In this document: piece by piece, positions 1 to 11,433 of the stretch
Layout of the letters: every line of letters starts with the position of its first letter
How positions within the stretch are numbered: the first letter of the stretch is position 1
NCBI RefSeq assembly: GCF_001194135.2
Contig: NC_068998.1
Coordinates: 19,237,296 to 19,301,295 of the forward strand
Length of the DNA: 64,000 nucleotides
Source: Octopus bimaculoides
Lineage: Eukaryota
Reading direction: 5' to 3'
Made by a program: the position numbers and the translations under genes
Notes under the pieces: generated by a model
Database searches by the model: none
Seen by the model: the letters and a program-made list of their open reading frames with translations, nothing else
What the model was told of the DNA's origin: nothing

Positions 1-1089
1 ACCTCACTTCTTACCATTTTAAACAAAAAGGTCATACTGGATAATGTGATGACAAGTTCCTTGCATGTAAGAAAAACGCAGGATAGTCATAGCTGGAATG
101 TCTTTGATCATAGGTTTACTCAGTAGTATCTGACTTAGGGCTAAGAAGCAACAACAATAATAGTTGTTTTATGATATATCTTGATCAAAAATGTGGATAA
201 AATAATAAATGAGTGGTTGAAGACTTATTTGAATATGAAGGAAATAAGAACACAATTTTTGGTCCATAGAATCATTGGCATTGCTACATTATAAGTTTGA
301 TTTCCTGTGGCATAGACTGAAAGTATTCCCTGCATTTCATTTGTACAGGAGAAAGGGTCTGTGCCCATGAATTTCACAGGTCCTGTGAGTTCAACATAGT
401 CCATGTTCCTTCTCAACAGCTGCATGATTATTGAGGGCAAGGAGGTGGTGGGAAGTTTCCAGTGGGCTGACACCCTGAGGGAGAAGGATTGGTTAAAAGT
501 GGTTTGTATAGGGAGGTGGCTTGGAGAAGAGTGAGCACAATGTGAGTAATGAGTGAATCAGGATTACCTGGAAGTGGCCTCAAAACCAGACAACCCTAAG
601 GAGTAGAAAGCATATATTGGTGGCACAGTGAAAGGACAACATATTTATCAGTCAGAGATTGAATATGTTGGCAAAAAACTTCATATCAATTAATCAATTG
701 GGGTCTATGGTGGGTGTATGTATCACAGTATAACAGTCCTGTAAGTGGTATCAGTATTCCATTGTGAGTCTTGCCTGAACTTTGTAAAGCATTAATGCAT
801 GTTGGGACTGAATTATTTTTGTAGTCCTACAGAAGGAGACTTGTCTTTGCTATGTTGAAGATGTGCAACCAGCAAAAGAGATCCTCAATGATGGTGGGGC
901 CTGGCATTGATAGTAACCTTGAGGATTCTACTTGTATGTTGTTCATGTTTAGAGAGCATAGGGTACAATATTGTTCTCTTGAGGTGTGGTGTGATTGTTC
1001 ATGCTGTTGAAAAAGATAAGATTGGGCTTTGGACATTAGTAATGTCACTTTAAGGTGGATTGACTGCTTCACCATCTGTTATTTATTAA

Positions 1090-1309
1090 CATTTTAGCAT
1101 TCAGCTTACTCTGTCAAACATAATACTTTTTTATTCATGTTGTTTTGAATTAATTATGCATTATCTTATAGCTTCAAGATTTCAATGCTGCAATTATTTA
1201 TTTTTAGAATGACATTGTCGAGTAGGTGTTAGAGGTTGGATCTGGTCAGTTTGAACATAAAACAGATAGAAAATTTAGTCTGGATATGGTTGGTTTAAAT
1301 GCTAAAGGA
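1090..1309. mobile_element. piggyBac-type MITE (family ccctttagcatt...aatgctaaaggg)
   Basis: TTAA at both ends (1086-1089 and 1310-1313) with decayed terminal inverted repeats. Same family at 29902, 40877 and 51209. Confidence 0.7.
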
Positions 1310-2574
1310 TTAAGCAAGCTGTCTGTAGCAATTGCCAAATCACATCCTTTCTCAACTCTAGCAAATACAAAATAACTGAGGAGATATGATAATGGACTAC
1401 CAATTCTGATATATTGAGTTGAGCTGTTTTGTTGTTTTAAGCAGAATATTTAATAATACTTACCTCAATTGACTTTGCAGTTAGAAATAACAATCAGCTT
1501 CTCTGAAAATACTACCTGAAGTAGAGTTATATCTTGTCCAAAGGAAGATTTGTTTATTCTGTTAAAACACTATGAAACTGGAGCTTTAATCCTTTAAAGG
1601 TTTTTGGGACTCTTTTAAAAATTTTTTACACATTTACTCTCTCCCTCTGTTGATCAGGTTTGATGCTATTTTCCTGTTAGTCACATGACATTGGATATTT
1701 CCATTTCCATCTACTGTTAATTCAGCAACCAGTTAATACTTGATTTTATTGATTATTCCCATTATTTTAATATCATTTATGATGTATCGTGGATTGTAAT
1801 ATTACTGCTAATACTTATCTTCTTTCCAGATATTATTCAAACTTATAAAATTCACCTGAAGTTCAGATGTGAATATATGGAATTATATGACAAAAAAAAG
1901 CCAGAGTTAACCACAAATCACATTCTTATTTTATATTTCGATGTTTAGCAATAAACATATAAGCTCTAGCAATATATAAATGTCATTCAGCTGTAGGTTG
2001 ACCACATTAGTACTTGTTGTCTGTTAAGTGTGTTGTTTGTTGCAATTTACAAACCACATCTTTTCTCAGCTATAGCAGAGTTGAATAACTGAAATGACAT
2101 GATATTGGACTCTTTGCTCAGAGATCTTGAGTTCAAATCTGCTTCAGCTATTTTGTCATATATTTATGTTTGTTCTTGTCATGGTAGTGCTGGAAAATGT
2201 TTAGATTTTTTATGTTAGTATTGGAAAATATATGTAAAACAATTAAGATGCATACCTCAGTGCCCCAGTCTGCCGAAAATAGGTACCAGAAGTGGAATTT
2301 AAACCAGACACACTAATGTCCTGCCTAGGAAGAAATTCAATTGTCATCTACAAAACTTAAGTAAATTTTTGGTTACACCCAATGATGATTCCTTGAAATA
2401 TTTCTTTTTTTTAAATATTATTTGTAGGAACTGATCAAAATTTCAAAAGCCTAATATTAAGTAATTTAAAAAAGAGAATTCTGGCAAATACCATGGAATA
2501 GTCACTTCAGATTTAAAGCTAACTATTCAGCAATTTTCATTAGGTTTGAAGATAATATTGAGGAATGAATATAC

Positions 2575-2999
2575 TTATCCTCATAGCTGAAGATCAGAAG
2601 TAGGGCTTCTGACACAACCACTACTCTTTACCATGCATTGGCTGTCTTGTGTTGGAGCTGTACACTCCACCAGAGTCCCTCCTGTCCCTGATGTCATCAC
2701 TCCATCTTCATTTGTGTTGCTTGCAATCTATTTTCTGTCTATCCAGTCTCAAAATATGTGGGCACAGAGATTCTGGGCCTTGATGATGTGGTCAAAGTAT
2801 TGCAATTTTTGCCATCAGACCACCATCACCAGCTTTCAGCTCACTTTCATCTCTTCCAGGACTCGAGTGTTTACTGTACAGACCACTCTACTGGTCCACA
2901 GCACTTGCCTGTACTATGTCGTCTCAAATGCTCTCAGTCACTTTGTGTCGGCAATTTTAGGGTCTATGCTTTACAGCCAAACAACACTACAGGTGACAC
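2575..2999 (-). mobile_element. RTE-type LINE remnant, C-terminal ORF2 region
   Basis: Minus-strand translation with stops and frameshifts gives VSPVVLFGCKA*TLK...LRAFET..YRQVL...KLQYFDHIIKAQNLCAHI, matching RTE 'VFPVVLYGCEAWTL...LEAFEMWCYRRML'. Confidence 0.7.
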
Positions 3000-3190
3000 C
3001 AGCCTTCATTACGTTGATTACCACCCTGCTGACTGAGCTCCAGAGACTTCTCAGCAAAGTTAATTTAGTCTTTAATGAGTTTCAACTAGAGGTCTGCTCC
3101 AAAAAGACTGAGATCATAGCAGTCCCCAGGAAACTAGAGTAGCTTACCATATGATGCCAAGGGATCAACCTAGCAACAATAGAAAGTATA
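2998..3190 (+). mobile_element. RTE-type LINE remnant, RT core (degenerate YADD), inverted relative to the adjacent piece
   Basis: Plus-strand SLHYVD/TTLLTELQRLLSKVNLVFNEFQLEVCSKKTEIIAV matches RT 'NLRYADDTTL...ELQ.LL..V....EFGLEIN.KKT.VM'. Confidence 0.65.
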
Positions 3191-4199
3191 ACTATAAAGC
3201 CACCAAGTTGATTATTGATTAATTCCAGTAAGCATGATTAAATGCAAATTCAGTTCATGAAGAAAAAAATCACTGACACATTGCTGGGAGGGTTCTTTAG
3301 TCCTCCTGAACTCATTTTTTTTAGTGCTGGTGACTCAATGAAGTAGATTCATTTCATGCTAAAGACTGGTTGAAGGGAAGACCATAGCAAAATGTTGAGA
3401 CCCATCCAACCCATACCAACATGGGCAAACAGATATAAAATGATACTGAAGATACTGATATCATTCATTCATTTAATATGCATTTTTCCATGCTAGCAGA
3501 CATATATTATGATTTGCACACTGCCATTTCATATCAAGATTATTAGTTTCTAATGTTTCTTGTGTGCAAATGTATGTATGCGTGTGCATGTATATATATA
3601 CATATATATATAGTGTATGCTTTTTTTGATACTGTTGACACTGCTGAGTTGAATGGTACTGACTAGGTGTTAAAACCATGATAATATCCATTAGGCAGCT
3701 GATGATGCGCTTGTTCTTTGCGAATCTTTTATATCTTGTTTTTTCATTGTTCTAAGTTGTATTTCATTCTCATAGAGTTGGGCTTGTTAAGGGGTTCTTG
3801 GTTTATGGTGGTTTTGTTGTTTATATCATACCATACAGTGATATTGCATAATTGTCCGTTATAGGGATTTTAATTCTGGTTACAGTAATACTTATTTAAG
3901 TGTTCTAGTTTATGTAGGTTTTGTCATATATATACATACATACATATGCATACATATATATGATTTTCTTCCCCTTCCTTTCTTTAAAAAGTTGATAAAG
4001 TACCAGTCCAGAGCATTGAGTTAGTGGAATTGTTAAAGCATCAGACAAGATACTTGTATCTGTTCTGATTACATGCATTCTGATGGCAATGCCTGTGATG
4101 ACACTGGTTCCATGCTTTGTCTTGAATCATATTTTTGGCACGAAGAGAAAAGGCATTAATGAATGAGCAGCCTCTTGTCATCCCTGAAATAAAAAGAAC

Positions 4200-4466
4200 A
4201 ACCTTTGTGCGGGTGGCACATAAAATACACCATTTTGAGCGTGGCCTTTGCCAGTACCACCTGACTGGCCTTCGTGCCGGTGGCACGTAAAAGCACCCAC
4301 TACACTCTCGGAGTGGTTGGCGTTAGGAAGGGCATCCAGCTGTAGAAACTCTGCCAAATCAGATTGGAGCCTGGTGTAGCCATCTGGTTTCACTAGTCCT
4401 CAGTCAATTCGTCCAACCCATGCTAGCATGGAAAGCGGACGTTAAACGATGATGATGATGATGATG
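4200..4466 (+). mobile_element. RTE 3'-UTR fragment with (GAT)n tail
   Basis: Ends in gctagcatggaaagcggacgttaaacgatgatgatg and is the reverse complement of the 3' end of the RTE at 58121-59475. More copies at about 8672, 15215, 20117, 28630, 29385, 30840, 59520 and 62520. Confidence 0.8.
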
Positions 4467-6829
4467 AACCTTCCCCAGATCTGCACATTGACGAAGTCTC
4501 GTGAGGCATAAGGACATCTCATACCAACAGAAGAAAGCTACATAGGATGAGACTCTGGTCAGAAGATGGTACGCAGCTTTATCCCCATAGAAGTTGGCTG
4601 TCATGGTCTCCCGAGAAGATCAGTGGTGATATTTCTGCTAGAAGATCAACTTGTAACCCAAAGAAATTAAGAATATCACTAGGAAGATATGGAAGCTGAA
4701 ATCAGTTCAAGGTGGTTGTAGTTGACTAGAGTTGGCAGATGGAACCCTTTTGCAGGAAAAGACTAATTTGGTCCTTGCTGCCCCATTCAGGGGAAGCATA
4801 TCATATAAAGGACTAAAAACTTGTTATCCTGCAATATGTACGGAAGTTACACAAAGATTTCCTACAATGTGAATGCTTTAATCATCGTCTATAAGTAGCT
4901 TCAACAGTTCTGCTTGAGGCAAAGTATCTCTGATATATCTCTTTACTTCACCTGTGTATATGTGTGTAGAATCAGTAACAGGCCATTGGATCAGCCTAAA
5001 TAAACTGTGTGTGTGTGTGTGTGCGTGTGTGTGTGTGCATGCGCATGTGTGTATACAGAGGGAAGAGGAGTATCACCCTCATTGTTGTTTTAACATTCAC
5101 TTTTCCTTGCTTGCATAGCTCAGAAAAATTAATTGAGGCAGATTTTTTTATGACCTTATGCTCTTTGTGTTGCCAACCCTCACCTGGCTCCATACAAGGT
5201 AATATTTTCTCTAAGTCTTCAAATATAAACAGCACAATGGCTGGACATGTTTTCACAGAAGAGTAAACAACACTGCTGGTATGATGGTGACGTTTGTTTA
5301 CAACTAGCCTGTGATGTCAAAGCAGGGAAATGTGAGAACACCACTCACACACACACATACACACATGTATGTGGGTGGGGGACACAGGCATGGCTGTGTG
5401 TTTAAGAACCTTTCTTCCCAAAAATGACATTTTTGGTTTTGTACCCACTGTACAACACCTTGGGCAAGCGTCTTCTACCATAGCCCTGGGCCAATCAAAG
5501 CCTTGTGAATGGATTTGAAAGAAGCCTTTCACAGGTGTGTGTGTGTGTGTACTCTTGTTTTGACATCATATGATAGTTGTTAATGAGCATCACTCCCATA
5601 CAAGTGATTTTATTTGTTTTTCAGTTTTGCATAAAAAAACATGAGAAATATTACCTTACATGGAAACAATTGAGGGTTGGTGACAGGAAGGGTATCCAGC
5701 CATTCAAAATCTGTATCAACAAATTCCATTAGACCCAAGCAAGCATGGAAATGTGAATGTTAAATGATGACAGTGGCCTGCATCATGGATAGCCTCCTAA
5801 CCATCTCAAGAGAATTCTCTTCCCATTTATCAAAGAAAGAATTGAAGAGGTGTGGATTCTGCACATGCAGGCAACCCATTTAGAACTAAATCTAATTACA
5901 GGACAAATGAGTCATTAGTCCAGCCTAAATGAATGCCTCTAGTGCTGTTGACATGATAAAATGGATATTGTCCTCATTGTAAAGTTATTGGTAATAGGAA
6001 GGACATCCACCTGTATAAAACATGCCAAAGAAAAAGGAGAGAACAAACCGAGAAAATATGGATTCAACAAGCTGCATGTAGGTAACCGATCCAAAAACAA
6101 GCTGATACGAAGTAGCATGGACCCTTTAGTTGTGTCATAGTCAACATCTGTAGGGTCCAGTGGCAGAACACTGATGGCACTCCAAACATGCCCAATCTGA
6201 GCTATAAAGTAGTTGTGATAAGAAGAACAACCTGCTGCAAAAACTATGCCTGAGTTACTGTGAGACACACACAATCGATTCCAGCAAAAAAGAATGATTA
6301 CACCAATGTAAAGTATCAGTTTTGTTTTCATCTTAGAAAATATTGATAGGTGCAGGCATGGCTGTGTGGCAAGAAGTTTGCTTTCCAACCACATGGTTTC
6401 AGGTTCGTTCCCACTGCATGGCACCTTCAGCAAGTGTCTTCTGTTATACCTCAGGCCAACCAAAGTCTTGTTAGATGATTCAGTAGATGGAAACTGAAAG
6501 AGGCCCATCATATGTGTGTCTTCCATCACTACTTGACAACCAGTGTTGGTGTATTTACATCCCTGTAACTTAGCAGTTTGGCAAAGAGACTGGTAGAATA
6601 AGTACTAGGTTTAATAACATAAATATTAGGGTCAATTCATTTGACTAAAGGCAGTATCCCAGTATGGCCACAGTCTAATGACTGAAATAAGTTAAAGATT
6701 AATGGTTGTTATTATATTCAATACCACACGTTTCAGAAACCATGTTTGTACCTCTGTCTTGTATCAGTAATAATTCTTTTGTTCAGATAATTATATATTT
6801 AATTCGAGTGGGTAAATTAAACTTGAGTC

Positions 6830-7195
6830 ACAGGAGTAGTTTGCTTACCAACCACATGGTTCCAGGTTCAGTCCCACTGCGTAGCACCTTGGGCAAGTGT
6901 CTTCTACTATAGCCTCGGGCCGACCAAAGCTTTGTGGGTGGATTTGGTCTGAAAGAAGCCTGTTGTATATATGTATATATATATATGTGTGTCTGTGTTT
7001 GTTTCCCCCAACATCGCTTGACAACCAATGCTGATGTGTTTACATCCCCGTAATTTAGCGATTCGGAAAAAGCGACAGATAGGATAAGTACTAAGCTCAC
7101 AAAGAATAAGTCCTGGGGTCGATTTGCTCAACTAAAGGCGGTGCTCCAGCATGGCCGCAGTCAAAATGACTGAAACAAGTAAAAGAGTAAAGAGT
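6830..7195 (+). mobile_element. tRNA-derived SINE, family A
   Basis: B-box ggttcagtccc, central accttgggcaagtgtctt...gaaagaagcc, (TA/TG)n insert and 3' end ggcggtgctccagcatggccgcagtca..tgactgaaac. Many copies in the window. Confidence 0.85.
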
Positions 7196-8934
7196 AAGCT
7201 TACAGATTTTAAGAGTGAAAAGAAAGAAAAAAACTACCTTTACTTTATCAGCTGAGAATAGATAACTTTGTTAATATTTTTTATCTTTGAAGGTAGCAAA
7301 GCTGGCTGAATCATGATCTCAACAGGCAAAATGCTTAATGACATTTCGTCCGTCTTTATGTTCTGAGTTCAAATGCTGCCAAGTCAGACTTTGCTTTTCA
7401 TCCTTTCGGAGCTGATAATAAAATAAGTACCACTTGAGTACCGGGACTGATGTAATCAACTTACCCACTTGTGCCAAAATTTGAAACCAATATTTTTTTT
7501 CTTGGAAAGCATATGTAATACATCAGTAATTGACTCTTTTTCAACTCAAATGCCCCCAATGAGGCTTTTGCTTATGAATTCTTGTAAAGACAATGTGATT
7601 GGTCAAGTTACACATTTAGATGTTTTTATTATTGTTAGTGTATTTAATAATAATAATGATAATAATGAGTTCTTTTATTAGCCACAGTGGCACAGATGAG
7701 GAACACATCATAAAGACCATCAATAATTTGTGTAGGGGTTCACAATAATAATAATTCTTTCTATTATAAGCACAAGGCCTGAAATTTTGGTGAGGAGGAG
7801 GCAAGTCAATGTAATCAACCCCAGTGTTTCACTGGTACTTAATTTATCGAACCCGAAAGGATGAAAGGCAAAGTTGACCTCAGCAGAATTTGAATTCAGA
7901 TCGTCAAGGCAGAAGAAATGCCGCTAAGCATTTCGTCTGATGTGCTAACAATTCTGCCAGCTCACCACCTTAATACACAATAATAATAATATGATGATGA
8001 TGATGATATCTTCCCTAACATCACCACTTTATCAATATCTGAGTTTGTTGCTAGTTAGCCACTGAGGTAAACTGAAATAATTGGTTGTTCAAGGATGCAA
8101 CATAACAACATGATACCTACGGCAGAGTTTGAATTAGCACAATTCTAGAGTCAGCTTATCAGCTATGTGTATGATTGATGATAAATGACTGCATAAACCA
8201 ATTGAACAAAGCTAATACAATTGGTTCTTCGTTGTGGATTCATTAGCATGGAGCAGATAAGAGCTAAGTATTACCCTGTCTAGGACACAAAATCCATAGA
8301 AGTTACTTATTTTCTGCTGTTATATAAATTTAGGCAGATAGAATTGTCAATGCCAAAAGACAAACAAAATGTTTGTAACATATCAACTTTTGACATATGA
8401 ACTAGTAATTCAACTGATTTACTCAACCATACTTCTGATTACAGAGCAACAACTGGGCAAATATCAAAATATTTAGAAGGAAATTTTACCTGAGGAATAT
8501 ATGTTAAATTCCAAGTGTATTTCTCTCTAATGTAGATTTTGTTGTAAAGATACTCCCCACAGCAAATTCAGTGTACTCCTTTTCTCAATTTTACTAAATA
8601 ATACATGTCATGCCAGTGCAGACCATCACCAGTCTCTTTGAAATCAGTTAGATCATTCATATATAATCATCATCATCGTCATTTAACATTCATTTTCAAT
8701 GCTGGCATGGGTTGGGTGGTTTGACTGGAGCTGGTTAGGCCGAAGACTGCACCAGGCTCCAATGTCAGTTCTGGCATGGTTTCTAGGACTGAATGCCCTT
8801 CCTAACACCAACCACTCCACAGAGTATACTGGGTGCTTTTTATGTGGCACCAGCACTCATCAATTCTGCTGTGACAGACAGGTCTTCTTGAGTACAGCAA
8901 GGTGCCAGATATCTCAGTCCTTATAATGTCTCAG

Positions 8935-9160
8935 TAAACGAAGTTTTTTTGTTTTTCCATTTGGTGCATAGATGTAAAGATTTTTCTTACTTCCTACTCT
9001 TGAAGCAGGGCTCTTCAAGGTGTAAACTGGCAACCGAAAATGTTTGCCTTTGCAATTTGTTGATGGTCATGGCACAACTAAGATTCACTGGGAATTGAAG
9101 TCGTTTGAATTGAAACGGGACATTGTCTTCTGAGTCTGTATGATGGAGGCTCTTCTGTGC
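8935..9160 (-). mobile_element. Helitron RepHel (PIF1-type helicase C-terminus) remnant
   Basis: Minus-strand NVPFQFKRLQFPVNLSCAMTINKLQRQTFSVASLHLEEPCF / RVGSKKNLYIYAPNGKTK matches Helitron helicase 'FKRLQFPVRLAFAMTINKSQGQ...PCFSHGQLYVACSRV'. The SHGQLYVA segment is deleted. Confidence 0.85.
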
Positions 9161-9651
9161 CTGTCATCTAATCAGTGCATCCTATGCTCAGGGGATTTCC
9201 TGCGACTGTGTGATTGAGACTTGTGTTTGAATATCATCAAGTTTGTTCCTTCTCTGTTCGGCTGTTTCCTGAGCTCACTGCTGATGCTTTGAGCAGGGTG
9301 TTTCAACTCTGTCGCTGTGATGAAATTCCTTACATACACACTTATACAAACATACACACTCAGTGGGAGAGGCATACATATACAACAAAAGAGTGAGAGA
9401 GTGTGTGCTAAATATGTATAGAGAGGAGGCAAGTTTACAGTGAGAAAAGCATAAAAGGCAGATAGAGAGAGATACATAGGCAGACTTTCATTACATGTCA
9501 TATATGAAGAGAGAGAAGTGGAAAGCAGCAAGCATGGGAGATACATGTACACAGAGGGAGAGGGAGAGAGAATGTGGTAAATATATGTAGAGAGAGAAGG
9601 AAAGCATAAAAGACAGAGAGGTAGATAGACAGTTATAAGATGTGGCATACA

Positions 9652-9694
<43 letters not shown>

Positions 9695-10295
9695 TCAGTT
9701 AATCATGAGTTTAAAATGACAGCTTCTAAAGGCATTCAATGTTGGCGATCTGGAAGTTGAGTTATTTCGCACAGCTAATTATCTTTTTTGATTACTAATA
9801 ACCAAAAAACCTTCCCCTTGGGACCAAATCCATTTTTCTGTAAGACACACCATTTTGGTACCTTTGATGACATTTATTCATACACACATACACTCTCAGA
9901 AGCATTAGCATGCCAAACAAAATGCTTAGCAGTATTATATCCATCTTTACATTTATTACTGGCGGTGCCCCAGCATGGCCACAGCCTATGGGCTGAAACA
10001 TGTAAAAGAAGAAAAGGAAATACATTTGCATGCACACACACACACATACATACATATCATCATCATCATCATCATTGTTTTAATGTCCACAAATCCATGC
10101 TTGCATAAGTCAGACAGAATATGTGGAGACAAATTTTCTACATCTCAATGCACTGCCTGTCACCAACCCTCACCTGTTTTCATGTAATCTAATCTTTTCC
10201 TATGACTGGATGTGTTGCAAAAGTTTGGAAATGAGGGGCACCATTTGCATGACAGTGCACACATACACACACACACTCATATATATACATACACA

Positions 10296-10343
<48 letters not shown>

Positions 10344-10434
10344 CTTCTAATATAGGATAACATTTTTTTCAAAAAAAAATTCCATCAAAGTGGCCAACAT
10401 ATTAAAATATCTTTAAAGATGAAAATTATAAACA

Positions 10435-10542
10435 ATTATAAACAAGGGCAAAAGAAAAAACGATTTTTGTGCCAATATGCTGAGAAAGTCTATTCTCAGC
10501 ATATTGGCATAGAAATCCTTTTTTCTTTTGCCCTTGTTTATA

Positions 10543-10544
<2 letters not shown>
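10435..10544. repeat. Near-perfect inverted repeat (52-bp arms, 6-nt loop)
   Basis: 10435-10486 versus the reverse complement of 10493-10544: 49/52 matches. Confidence 0.95.
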
Positions 10545-10580
<36 letters not shown>

Positions 10581-10939
10581 ATATGTATGTACGTACATAT
10601 ATACACAAGGGTAAAACAATAGCTCTATTAGCAAACATGATTGGGCAGACCAGTTGGTAAACCAAGTAAAGAGAAGTAGCAAGATCTTAAAGAAACATTA
10701 GTTATCAATATGACTTTTGATGTGACTAGATTCAACATTAAAAGGCAAATAAGTGAATTTTACAATCCTGTATATTGATTCTATGTTCAAATCAACTGTT
10801 ATATTGCTAATGATGTCAGGAACAGTATGAATACTACATTCAATTATTTCTCCTCACTAAAAATCATTAGCTTTGTCCCTATATGAGGAACTATTATAGT
10901 AGTTTTTATTATTATTATTATTATTATTATTGTATTTAA

Positions 10940-11396
10940 GGGCAGTGAGCTGGCTGAGTTGTTAGCACACCGGGTGCAATGCTTAGCGACATTTTGTCCG
11001 TTTTTATGTTCTGAGTTCAAATTTCGCCAGAGTTGACTTTGCCTTTTCAGAGTTGATAAAATAAGTACCAGTTGAACTCTGGGGGCGATTTAATCGACTT
11101 AGTCCCTCCCCCAAAATTGCTGGCCTTGTGCCAAAATTCGAAACCATTATTATTTGTAGTAGTTGTATTAGTATTAAAGTGGTGAGTTGGCAGAGTTGTT
11201 TGTATGTCAGGTGAAGTGCTTATCAGCATTTCGCTTGTCTTTACGTTTTGTGTTCAAATACCACTGCGGTCCACTTTGCTGTTCTTTTTCAGGGTCAATA
11301 AAATAAGTACTAGTCAAGTACTGGGGTTGATGTTATTAACTTCTGCCTCCCCCACAAAATTTGCTGGCCTTGTGCCAAAATTTGAAACCATTATTA

Positions 11397-11433
<37 letters not shown>

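Noticed and set aside
300-1080. Non-repetitive-looking block with short minus-strand ORFs
   Set aside because: It is broken by stops in all frames and has no splice-compatible exon. It may be an old LINE, but I could not assign a family.
5939-6529. 196-aa minus-strand ORF and a possible internal exon (GCSSYHNYF...ISLFLDR)
   Set aside because: Its 5' part is a SINE, the donor is weak, and I recognised no protein family. It is probably decayed TE sequence; a BLASTx would settle it.
8333-8380. Possible exon ADRIVNAKRQ resembling the SKI7-like motif tail
   Set aside because: It lacks the PFDF/PSPDD core, is very short, and has a stop immediately after; likely chance.
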